The position numbers and the translations under genes are program-made. 64,000 bases of DNA from Candidatus Thorarchaeota archaeon (lineage in GTDB: Archaea; Asgardarchaeota; Thorarchaeia; Thorarchaeales; Thorarchaeaceae). The notes under the pieces were generated by a model. That model was not told where the DNA came from. It saw only the letters and a program-made list of their open reading frames with translations, and did no database searches. How positions within the stretch are numbered: position 1 is the first letter of the stretch; every line of letters begins with the position of its first letter. Positions 8,615 to 16,807 of this stretch are shown one piece after another. Location: positions 64,001 through 128,000 of the forward strand of contig RDOC01000003.1 of assembly GCA_011364985.1 (NCBI GenBank). The letters are read 5' to 3'.

Positions 8615-10348
8615 CTACATATTGAAGGAGTTCTGTTCAAAGTCAAGCGATTGCTTGAGCCAATCTGGGAAACTGACATCGAGAATATGCTCAAGGTCGT
8701 GGTAGCTGTGGAGAGGGGGTGCTGTTCTCAGACGCGCTGCTCGCTTTGCACCAAACCCACGAATTGCTCTCCACTGTGCCATGGAGACCATATTTGGGTG
8801 TAGGGGAAAGGGGAGAACTGTTAGCGACCTGGGGCCATGGCCGACAACAAAGACATCCCTCTTCTTAGTCAGGTCTTGCCCCTTGGGCATATAACAAAGC
8901 AACGGGTAGGACCCAAGAGGCCGCAGAAGCTGGTAATTGACCTCATCTTGATCAATGAATACGTGCCTTATGATTGTGCCAAGAGGAGCAACATTACGAA
9001 GCATCTCAATATCGATCTCTTGGCGAATTATCTTCTTATGCCGAAAGAACTCGTTTCTCTTTATCTTAGGCTTCTTCTTAGAGTTTGCCAATGTCCCTGG
9101 GAAGCCTATAACCTGTCTGATATTGATTCGACGAACAAGGAGTCCTTCAGCCAGAAGCATCTTCAGAAATGCATAATTCGCTTCTAGTGTTTTCTTGCTT
9201 TCTCCAGGAAGGCCGTATAACAGATTAATCCCGGGCAAGAGATGTGGAAGTTCTCGTGGAGGCCGAAACCCACCCACTTCATTGAGCAGTCGAATCGCAT
9301 CCAACACCTGATCTTCATCCGCTTTGAGATTGTTCCTTCTCTGCACCTCAGGATCAAGAGATTCTACACCCAGAGCAGCAACATCACCAGTAGTGTGATA
9401 CTTCATGACTATCTTCGCTATAGCACGGCTCTCCTCAGGGTGTATGGCAATCGTACCAGGATTCACATTATCTATGTGAAGCACAGTCAAATCAGGCGCG
9501 GCCCGACGTATCTTTGCGAATAAGCTTTCGACTGCTTCAGGGGAAGGGCGAGGAAATTCATCTTCACCAATTTCAGTAGAGCCATAGGTGAAGAGGTCGG
9601 CCTGATTTCCAATCCTGAAAGCCTGAATCCCGTATTCATGAAGCGCACGCACTTCTGCCGCAATATCAACCGCATCTCTTTGCTGCGGGTGTCCGTAGAA
9701 TGGTTCAGTACAAAATGAACAGCCACCAGAGATGTAACGGGGACAGCCACGATAGGTTTCAATCTCACAAATGGCGTATCCAACAGCATGTCCTGGATGT
9801 TGTACTACAACATTTGCTCCACGTACGGCAAACCCCCTAATTTCGTCAGGTCCTTGACGGGAGTATGATAGGTCAACATCGGAGGGATTCCAGCCTATCT
9901 GAGCAATTTCTGAAAGGACAACCTCTGGATCCCCAGGCACAATGAAGTCGAATGGAGGACTGAGGATATCCGGAGGAACGGCAAGTTCCCCCCCTTCAAG
10001 GCCACAACCAAATCTCGCCCACGGTCCAGTCAGCAGTTTTGGTATATCAAGAAGTCTGTTATCGGAAAAGAATTGGCTGGCTTCTTTGACAGAGATGGGT
10101 GTGCCACCGATATATTTCCCAGGAACTATCATTCCTGCGATGAGAATCAGCATATCTGCAGTTGCCCACATTCCTTGTGGGTCCCTCATATTGCGAATTT
10201 GGTCGATTGTCTGATAGAACACTTCTGTCCTTGGCGAATGAGTCCAGATTGAGCCAGCGATGTATCGAGGATAGGGACTGATATAGGGAGGGACACCTAA
10301 ACATGTTGGTTCATCAACATAACCATCAATGAGAATGACACGGTCCAG
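8615..10348 (-). CDS. radical SAM protein with C-terminal helix-hairpin-helix; probable CTG start
   Basis: C-x7-C-x2-C (CPRYISGGCSFC); the frame stays open 42 codons beyond the listed start, giving VILIDGYVDEPTCLGVPPYISPYPRYIAG; HhH IRGFGAKRA. Confidence 0.85.
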   Translation of the reverse strand: MDRVILIDGYVDEPTCLGVPPYISPYPRYIAGSIWTHSPRTEVFYQTIDQIRNMRDPQGMWATADMLILIAGMIVPGKYIGGTPISVKEASQFFSDNRLLDIPKLLTGPWARFGCGLEGGELAVPPDILSPPFDFIVPGDPEVVLSEIAQIGWNPSDVDLSYSRQGPDEIRGFAVRGANVVVQHPGHAVGYAICEIETYRGCPRYISGGCSFCTEPFYGHPQQRDAVDIAAEVRALHEYGIQAFRIGNQADLFTYGSTEIGEDEFPRPSPEAVESLFAKIRRAAPDLTVLHIDNVNPGTIAIHPEESRAIAKIVMKYHTTGDVAALGVESLDPEVQRRNNLKADEDQVLDAIRLLNEVGGFRPPRELPHLLPGINLLYGLPGESKKTLEANYAFLKMLLAEGLLVRRINIRQVIGFPGTLANSKKKPKIKRNEFFRHKKIIRQEIDIEMLRNVAPLGTIIRHVFIDQDEVNYQLLRPLGSYPLLCYMPKGQDLTKKRDVFVVGHGPRSLTVLPFPLHPNMVSMAQWRAIRGFGAKRAARLRTAPPLHSYHDLEHILDVSFPDWLKQSLDFEQNSFNM

Positions 10349-11341
10349 TTACTCCCACTCCCGGAAGTTGTCATATCCGTTCGGTGGAACCTCGATATAT
10401 CCCTCTGATGATTCGAAGACAACTCCCTTGCCGGAAGTTGTATAGCCAATCTCTTTCAAAGGCACGTGGAGATTTCCAGCAATTTCAACGGCTTCATCCC
10501 ACTTCTCAGAGGGGACTGTGACGACCAAGATGAATTCCTCACCGCCCTCAAAGACCATACGTCGCTCGTTTATGTATAGATTTCTCGAGAAGTAGATTAC
10601 ACCTTCAGCGACGGGGAGTGTTTCAACCACGAATGAAAGGTTGCTCTGAGTTGCCATTGTATTCAAGGTTATTCCAAGCCCGTCACTGCTGTCCATGGAT
10701 GATGTGACAGCGTCTTTCTCAGCAAGGGCAGAGATCAGTCCAATAGGGATTTCGGGCTTGTATGCAGCTGTAATCGCGCGTCGCTTGAACGAGTCTTCGG
10801 CTTTCTCGCCCTTGAGAAGAATTTCATACGCTGCCGAAGTCAGTCCGAAGTCACCTGTCACCGCTATCACATCCCCTTTTTTGGCACCACCACGAGAAAT
10901 GATTCCCTTTGGTGGGGCTACACCTACCGCCACTCCAGTTAGAATGACATCATTTGAAGCTCCCAAGTCTCCACCAAGGAATGGTATTGCCTTTTTCATG
11001 CAGTACTGAGAGAACCCACGTATCAACTCCTGTGTAGCAATGACATCATAATCATGTGGAACGCAGAGCGAGAGCATGGCAGCCAGAGGTGAGCCCCCTT
11101 TAGCGGCAATGTCGCTTAATGCCATTACGGCAGTTTTCCTGCCAACTTGGGCATCAGTCATTCCGGGAAGCCAGTCAGTTGTGCCCACGAATGTATCCAC
11201 GTTCACAATGATGTTCTGATTCTCTGATAAGGGAAAATCTGAGGCGTCATCGTCAAATCTGAGCTTCGCACCCTCTGGTACCGCAACCATATGTTCGATG
11301 GTTTTCAAGAAGTTGCGTTCGCCCAATTCACCGGTCTTCAT
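10349..11341 (-). CDS. thiL: thiamine-monophosphate kinase
   Basis: GE..FL N-terminus, DDA, SDIAAKGG, GGD, DSSDGL, GGEEF motifs. Confidence 0.92.
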   Translation of the reverse strand: MKTGELGERNFLKTIEHMVAVPEGAKLRFDDDASDFPLSENQNIIVNVDTFVGTTDWLPGMTDAQVGRKTAVMALSDIAAKGGSPLAAMLSLCVPHDYDVIATQELIRGFSQYCMKKAIPFLGGDLGASNDVILTGVAVGVAPPKGIISRGGAKKGDVIAVTGDFGLTSAAYEILLKGEKAEDSFKRRAITAAYKPEIPIGLISALAEKDAVTSSMDSSDGLGITLNTMATQSNLSFVVETLPVAEGVIYFSRNLYINERRMVFEGGEEFILVVTVPSEKWDEAVEIAGNLHVPLKEIGYTTSGKGVVFESSEGYIEVPPNGYDNFREWE

Positions 11342-11420
11342 TGAGAAACCTCTAGTCGAAGAAATTATGGTTTCATGATAAACTTTTATAACAAATAAGA
11401 AGGCAATTCGCTCCAGTCAA

Positions 11421-11554
11421 GCCTCGGTGGCCAAGTGGTTATGGCGTCTGCCTCGTAAGCAGTAGATTAGTCTCTCTGCTGAGCCAGCAGGAAAACGTTG
11501 ATTGATTACCAATCTCCGGTCGAATCGCGGGTTCGAATCCCGCCCGGGGCTCCA
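11421..11554 (+). tRNA. tRNA-Thr(CGT) with a canonical 37/38 intron (11458-11485) and a second ~30-nt insertion in the variable region
   Basis: acceptor GCCTCGG/CCGGGGC, D-stem GCCA/TGGC, anticodon CGT at 11454-11456, T-arm GCGGG-TTCGAAT-CCCGC, CCA; BHB CTCG/TGAG with TAA and CCA bulges. Confidence 0.88.
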
Positions 11555-11708
11555 TTAATGATATCTCATTCTTCCAGTGTCTTGGATTCAAGATGTCACA
11601 TTATGTCATGAATCCCACATTCTTGAGTCTTCGAAGTACTTCAGGATCTTACATTCCTTACAGCGATGAGCTCGAATGAAGCCATGACGAAATATAGGTT
11701 GAACATTC

Positions 11709-11972
11709 TTGACAGAACTGGAAGAAACTTATTTCCTGAGGAAGTATCCGATACTGTCTGAAAGCAGGACTTGTCCAGTACGCGGAAGAGCAATGGGGAG
11801 AGTGTGTCTCAGTGCCAGAGAAGGTATCTACTGAAGTGGGACTGTTCCAAGAATGATTCTATCTGGTATCCCGCTTACTAACCTCATTTCTGCTTATCAA
11901 CATTCAATTTCCACATGCAGCATCCCACATCTTTATACGGCATCGGATGAGAAGTTGACTTCCAAGAGATGA
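11709..11972 (+). pseudogene. probable decayed small zinc-ribbon protein gene
   Basis: frame reads ...TCPVRGRAMGRVCLSAREGIY*SGTVPRMILSGIPLT...; in-frame TGA at 11832 where Trp would fit; CPxC appears degraded to CPVR. Confidence 0.3.
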
Positions 11973-12234
11973 AATCTGAAATGAAAAACAACAATGAACA
12001 GAAAAAGAGCCTTAACAAGACAAACAAGCCAGCCTTGTTTGAATGGCTTGCTGGAACTACAAGGTAGTTGTGATTCACAAAACAGACAGATGGATTGTCA
12101 CTTAATGGTGGCTCCTTCTGTTTGAAATAAGTCGCTTCTTTTCAAGTCACAAATTCAAAACATCGGATAGAAATCCTTATCACCGGTGGGAGGCCGATTT
12201 GGGACCAACCAACTGCATACGAACATCCACAAGT

Positions 12235-12352
12235 GCGGAGGTTGCCAAGCCTGGCCAAAGGCGCTAGGTTGAGGGCCTAGATTCTGTGGATTTTCATCAC
12301 TGAAAGGCTATCTCGTAGGAGTTCGCGAGTTCAAATCTCGCCCTCCGCACCA
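12235..12352 (+). tRNA. tRNA-Leu(GAG) with 30-nt intron at 43/44 (12281-12310)
   Basis: acceptor GCGGAGG/CCTCCGC, anticodon arm CTAGG-TT-GAG-GG-CCTAG, variable arm CTC-GTAG-GAG, CCA; BHB GCCT/AGGC with AGA and TAT bulges. Confidence 0.93.
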
Positions 12353-12397
12353 TTCTCTCCAATCAAGAAGATTAAATGAATTCAAGACTAATATAAC

Positions 12398-12916
12398 GTG
12401 AAGTTGGTATCTATGGATGCTTCAAGCAAAGCTTTTGCGGCGATTGCAGTTTGTGTCTTCTTGGTCATTTCATTCTTAGTACTATATGGACCAAGCGTGG
12501 GTCTTTCTTCTGGCACCGATATGCCATTCGAGATGGTTGATCCAGGCAACGGATATGGATATGAATCAAGAGCCAATTTCACTATTGAGAACGGCACATT
12601 CTGGGAGAGTCTCTGGTTGGAGCTGTACAGTGGATATGAACCTATACCAGAGGTACCAGCTGTTAACTTCACATCGGAAACGCTCATCGCAGTGTTTCAA
12701 GGTGTTCGTAGTTCAGGAGGCCATTGGACAAACATAACACGGATCATTATGACTGATACCAACTATGTAGTCTATGTCGACGAAATGCATCCTGGTAATG
12801 GATGTGGTGTTACAGCAGTCTTAACATATCCATATCAGATTGTCAAGATTAATGAACATCCACTCAGTCTGCCAGTGCAGTTCATCTATAATATCATAGT
12901 CTATGAATGTGAATAG
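12398..12916 (+). CDS. membrane-anchored PrcB C-terminal-like domain protein
   Basis: N-terminal TM; VPAVNFTSETLIAVFQG.RSSGG and VTAVLTYPYQIVKI match the PrcB_C pattern. Confidence 0.7.
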   Translation: MKLVSMDASSKAFAAIAVCVFLVISFLVLYGPSVGLSSGTDMPFEMVDPGNGYGYESRANFTIENGTFWESLWLELYSGYEPIPEVPAVNFTSETLIAVFQGVRSSGGHWTNITRIIMTDTNYVVYVDEMHPGNGCGVTAVLTYPYQIVKINEHPLSLPVQFIYNIIVYECE

Positions 12917-12928
12917 AACAAGGACCCA

Positions 12929-12962
12929 GTGTTCGTAGATTCAAATCCTGCCCTTCACGTCA
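12929..12962 (+). repeat. degenerate copy of a tRNA-Leu-like 3' end (att-like relic)
   Basis: GTGTTCGTAGATTCAAATCCTGCCCTTCACGTCA aligns without gaps to the 3' end of tRNA-Leu (12319-12352), including TTCAAATC. Confidence 0.55.
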
Positions 12963-13011
12963 TACACTCCTGACACACTGAACTTCAAGAAGACCTGATG
13001 TGATGTTTATT

Positions 13012-13338
13012 TCAGGGTTCAGAAAGGCCGATTTCCATCACAACCCTATTCTCATTCTTGTCATATTCCGTCCAGAGAATAACGTCACGCCAATCTGATA
13101 GTGCAATCTCTGAGTGCCTTGCCAATGAAGCTTCATCACCAACAGTGAGATGGAGAAGACAGCGAAAGATACGTGGGCTGGGCTCAACCTTATACAAATC
13201 TACGAAGTGATTTTCGAAATCCTCTAGACTAGCCTCTACGGCATTAGCTCTTTCGGGTCCATAATCACTGCGGATTCGTTTTCTAATGTTGGTAGGCAAC
13301 ATTGCCATTTCTTGGTCTTTGGGGAGAGAAAAAGGCAT
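13012..13338 (-). CDS. hypothetical protein (DWRDVILWxEY type), probably frameshifted near the C-terminus
   Basis: PRIFRCLLHL..GD...L......ALSDWRDVILWTEYD; a shifted frame after NRV reads DGNRPF*, a more natural ending. Confidence 0.55.
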   Translation of the reverse strand: MPFSLPKDQEMAMLPTNIRKRIRSDYGPERANAVEASLEDFENHFVDLYKVEPSPRIFRCLLHLTVGDEASLARHSEIALSDWRDVILWTEYDKNENRVVMEIGLSEP

Positions 13339-13352
13339 GAGTTAAAGAAATG

Positions 13353-13563
13353 AATGATTGGGCCCGCTCTGATACGGGGGGAGGCAACCCGTATCGTGAG
13401 AGCGGACCCTTGGAAGGAGTTGTCTTTTGAAGCCTTCGGGTTTCCGTGAGCGGGAAGAGAGGATTACAGACCGTAGAAAATGTCAACCACAGTCAATTGA
13501 GGGACGCATGGATGGCAAAGGCTCCGGGGGCGTTCGATAGTTGCCCGCTCACGCCCAATTATT
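13353..13563 (+). ncRNA. unassigned ~210-nt multi-helix structured RNA
   Basis: closing 11-bp helix, 15-bp hairpin, cUUCGg-capped hairpin, 9-bp helix and an inner hairpin; several G-U pairs favour the + strand; locally GC-rich and non-coding. Confidence 0.7.
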
Positions 13564-13768
13564 GAAGGGATTCTTACAAATTAGAATTGACTTAGGTCAA
13601 TATAAGGTCGTACTGATGATCTGTTTCATTCTTGAACTCCGAAACTGTCAAAGCCTAGTAAACATCAGACACATAGCATACGTGTTATGCTTGTAGGTTT
13701 GTAGCTTGCCAACGATAAGCTATAAAGGAGGCATATGGAGGGACAAGAGCAAACAGGAGTGAAGCAAA

Positions 13769-14773
13769 ACGGCAGCCCCAAAGATAGGCATCATTGGCGC
13801 AGGCAATATGGGACGGATTCATGCACGAATATTGAGTAATATGCGTGCCTTGGCGGGTGTAGCAGACAAGGAATTCGAGAAGGCTGAACAAGTCGCTGGT
13901 ATGTACGGGTCACCAGCCTACCGTGAATATTCAGAGATGATAGAAGAACTGAAACTTGATGGGATTATTATTTCAACTCCCACTGGTACGCATGCGGAGA
14001 TTGCAGAAGCCATAGCCAAGAAATATGATGGCCTTCGAGGAATTCTGATCGAGAAACCATTGGCTAGTACCCTAAGAGATGCAAAGAAAGTAGCAGACAC
14101 CCTTAGGAAGAGAAGGGTTTGTACACTCATTGGCCATTCAGAGATATATAATCCCGTTGTGGAACGCGCTCTTGAGCTAATCCACAGGGGTGAAATCGGG
14201 CAACCTCACACTGTCATTCATGACAGAAGAGGTTATGTTCAACCTTCAAGAATAGCATCCCTTGGGGACGTTTTTGAGGACATCGGTGTGCACGATTTCG
14301 ATATCATGTCAAGAATAAGCAAGGGTCCTGCAAAGCTCTATGCCCAGTGCAATACAAGAAGTGGAATATTGAACATGGGCACTGTCATGGTCAAATTTGA
14401 AAGTGGTACTGAACACTTCTTCCATCTCTCTCGCCAGTATGTCGGTAGAAAACGCAGTATGGACGTTTCGGGCTCAAAGGGTACTTTGTCTTTGGACCTC
14501 TTCGGGCAAATCATAAAGATTCAAGACCTTGATGAAGCCCCAGAAGCAGACGGTCGGACTTTGAGCTTGCCGGAACGTGGGGCAACAATAAAGGTCTACG
14601 GGGAGCCCGTTCAACAAGTCATTACTGATTTTCTGAATTGCATAGAAACGAGTCAACCACCGAAAGTGGGGCTTGATGATGGATTACTTGCCCTCGAAAT
14701 CGTTGAGGCAGCCAGAAAGAGTGCCAAGGATGAGAAGCCAATAGATATCAACATTCAATCTAAGCATCTATGA
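13769..14773 (+). CDS. Gfo/Idh/MocA-family oxidoreductase; probable ACG start
   Basis: KIGIIGAGNMGRIH Rossmann motif lies upstream of the first ATG; IEKPLA and DIGVHDFD motifs. Confidence 0.88.
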   Translation, partial: TAAPKIGIIGAGNMGRIHARILSNMRALAGVADKEFEKAEQVAGMYGSPAYREYSEMIEELKLDGIIISTPTGTHAEIAEAIAKKYDGLRGILIEKPLASTLRDAKKVADTLRKRRVCTLIGHSEIYNPVVERALELIHRGEIGQPHTVIHDRRGYVQPSRIASLGDVFEDIGVHDFDIMSRISKGPAKLYAQCNTRSGILNMGTVMVKFESGTEHFFHLSRQYVGRKRSMDVSGSKGTLSLDLFGQIIKIQDLDEAPEADGRTLSLPERGATIKVYGEPVQQVITDFLNCIETSQPPKVGLDDGLLALEIVEAARKSAKDEKPIDINIQSKHL

Positions 14774-16059
14774 GCTACTAAATGGGTCCTCTCAGCTGAG
14801 TCTATACAGACATCAAGTTCGGTTCCCAGCGGTATAGGATCTTCAAGAATAATGGACTTGTATGCGAAATTCCTGCAAACCACACCACCCTTTGGTCCTT
14901 TCTCAATAGCAATCGCATGGCCTTTCCAACCAGTCCAAGTGGCATTAGTTTCCTGTATCATCTTGGAAACCATTCGGGAGAGCTCTCTGCTTCTTGACTT
15001 CTTAAGCTTACTATCAATCTTCTCCGTTGATTTCGAAGCCTCTGTTCCCGGACGGTCCCCATATTTGGAAATATTCACAACATCTGGCTTGATTCTTCTC
15101 AGGAGTTCTTCAGTCATTCTAAAATCGAAGGCAGTTTCACCGGGAAAGCCAACGATTATATCTGTGGCAATGGTAGCGCGCGGAAAGATCGTTCTTGTTT
15201 TGTGGACTATCTCAGTCCACTGCTCTACGGTGTACTGCCGGCCCATCTTCTTCAGCAGCTCACTGCTGCCAGTTTGAAGAGGTATATGAAAGAACTTGAA
15301 GAAGTGGTCAGACTTCATTGCTGAAAGGAGATTTCCAATGCTATCAATGACAAGATTCGGATTGAACATGCCAAGACGAAACCGGTGTTTTCCTGGAATT
15401 CTTGATAGGGACTGCAATAGCTCGTGCAGATTCTCTCCCGTATCATGCCCAAAGACACCTGCATCTTGAGATGTCAGCCGAACCTCACGATAGCCGAGAT
15501 GTGTGCATCTTTCGACAATCTCGTAGATTTCATCAATGGAATAGCTCCTGACAGCACCTCTTGCAAAACGAACAGCACAATAGGAACAATGACCAAGGCA
15601 GCCTTCACAAATTGGGATGGTACAAATCACGCTATTGGGTGGACCCTCGAAGAAGCGCAGCTTTGAAGCAGGATCGGAATCCAGATGCAGAATTCCCCGT
15701 TTCCCATCAAGTACCTGTTCTGCTATTTTTCCAAGCGAGTCTACAGACTGAGGTCCTAAAATGGCCGCATATGAGGGAATTGCCGATTCGATTCGCTGCA
15801 ATGAGATGCATGGAAGACAACCTGCAATAATAACAGGAATATCGATTTCTGCCAGAGTCCTCAGTCGATGAATTATCCGGTCTTCGGTTGGTTCTTTGAC
15901 TCCACAAGTGTTTACTAGGATCAGGCTTGCCTCATTAAGAGTTTCTGTGCGGTGTAAACCAATCGCATTCAGACGGCCAACCATGAGATCTGAATCAGCT
16001 TTGTTTAGTGAACAGCCATAGGTTTCCAAATAGAAATCCATCGACATGATGAGTAGCAC
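14755..16059 (-). CDS. tRNA methylthiotransferase (MiaB-like, archaeal/eukaryotic MtaB-CDKAL1 type)
   Basis: ETYGCSLN, NTCGV, AGC (UPF0004); CLGHCSYC radical SAM motif; TDIIVGFPGET; C-terminal TRAM. Confidence 0.9.
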   Translation of the reverse strand: MLLIMSMDFYLETYGCSLNKADSDLMVGRLNAIGLHRTETLNEASLILVNTCGVKEPTEDRIIHRLRTLAEIDIPVIIAGCLPCISLQRIESAIPSYAAILGPQSVDSLGKIAEQVLDGKRGILHLDSDPASKLRFFEGPPNSVICTIPICEGCLGHCSYCAVRFARGAVRSYSIDEIYEIVERCTHLGYREVRLTSQDAGVFGHDTGENLHELLQSLSRIPGKHRFRLGMFNPNLVIDSIGNLLSAMKSDHFFKFFHIPLQTGSSELLKKMGRQYTVEQWTEIVHKTRTIFPRATIATDIIVGFPGETAFDFRMTEELLRRIKPDVVNISKYGDRPGTEASKSTEKIDSKLKKSRSRELSRMVSKMIQETNATWTGWKGHAIAIEKGPKGGVVCRNFAYKSIILEDPIPLGTELDVCIDSAERTHLVAHRCLD

Positions 16060-16341
16060 CTAGCCGCCTTGAACATGAGGGAGAATGGTGACCTCATCAT
16101 CATCTTTGATGGGTTCTCCAAGTCCACCCAGAGTATTCACATCTCTCTTATTCAACATCACAATAAGGTTTCCACTGATGCGTTCTTCCTCCATAATTAG
16201 CTGCTCCAGCTTTGGTCCTGCGATTTCGATAACCTTGGCTATTACGTCTTCAACAGTGGCTCCGCTTTGCATTTCGAGCTCCAAGATGCTGCTTTCCAAA
16301 ATCCTTCGAAAAGGGCCAAATGACTTGAATTTCACCCGCAC
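16060..16341 (-). CDS. MoaD/ThiS/SAMP-type ubiquitin-like protein
   Basis: beta-grasp pattern, DEVTILPHVQGG C-terminal diglycine. Confidence 0.9.
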   Translation of the reverse strand: MRVKFKSFGPFRRILESSILELEMQSGATVEDVIAKVIEIAGPKLEQLIMEEERISGNLIVMLNKRDVNTLGGLGEPIKDDDEVTILPHVQGG

Positions 16342-16373
16342 TTCAACGACCTTTTGGTTTGCTCTCTTCTATG

Positions 16374-16757
16374 CTATTCAGGCTTTTGATAGTGTGAAAT
16401 CGCATCATTAGTGAGGGACTCAACCACCTTGATGATCTCGTCAATTTCCACCTTGGTCACGTTATCATAATGGATTCCAACCGTCACTACCACTGGGCGA
16501 TTCAGAGCTTTGGTGAGTGTCACTGCTGTGGAGTTAGCTATGATATAGTCCTTATGTCCAGGAAGTGTTATACTGTTCAGACTCACAGTGGTGGCACTAC
16601 GATAGTGGCTTGGAGTTGGATAAGATACCGCCACTCCTCCAATATGACATTCGTCGCCACCAGATACTGCAACAAGCAAGTCGTTGCCAATTTCCCTTAC
16701 CTCGAAGAAGATCATGTGACGACCTGCCGCTTTTTTGAATATCATTTTCATTTGCAC
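16374..16757 (-). CDS. LpdD-like / proteasome-assembly-chaperone-like small protein
   Basis: GNDLLVAVSGG..HIGGVA, PGHKD, VVVTVGIH.DN motifs. Confidence 0.65.
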   Translation of the reverse strand: MQMKMIFKKAAGRHMIFFEVREIGNDLLVAVSGGDECHIGGVAVSYPTPSHYRSATTVSLNSITLPGHKDYIIANSTAVTLTKALNRPVVVTVGIHYDNVTKVEIDEIIKVVESLTNDAISHYQKPE

Positions 16758-16807
16758 CTTTAGCAGTAAAGGCTGTTTCAGTATTGGTTTCTTCTTATAC
16801 TCAAGCT

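Noticed and set aside
13283-13486. 67-aa ORF on the - strand
   Set aside because: No recognisable protein features; it overlaps the structured RNA and the next gene
13494-13543. SECIS-like hairpin (TGA/GA core, AAA loop)
   Set aside because: The register does not give a tandem G.A quartet, and no upstream same-strand gene has a credible Sec TGA
13613-13665. Hammerhead-like CTGATGA...CGAAA...GTA, or C/D-box sRNA
   Set aside because: Stems I and II cannot form, and no clear terminal box D (CTGA) lies at the right distance
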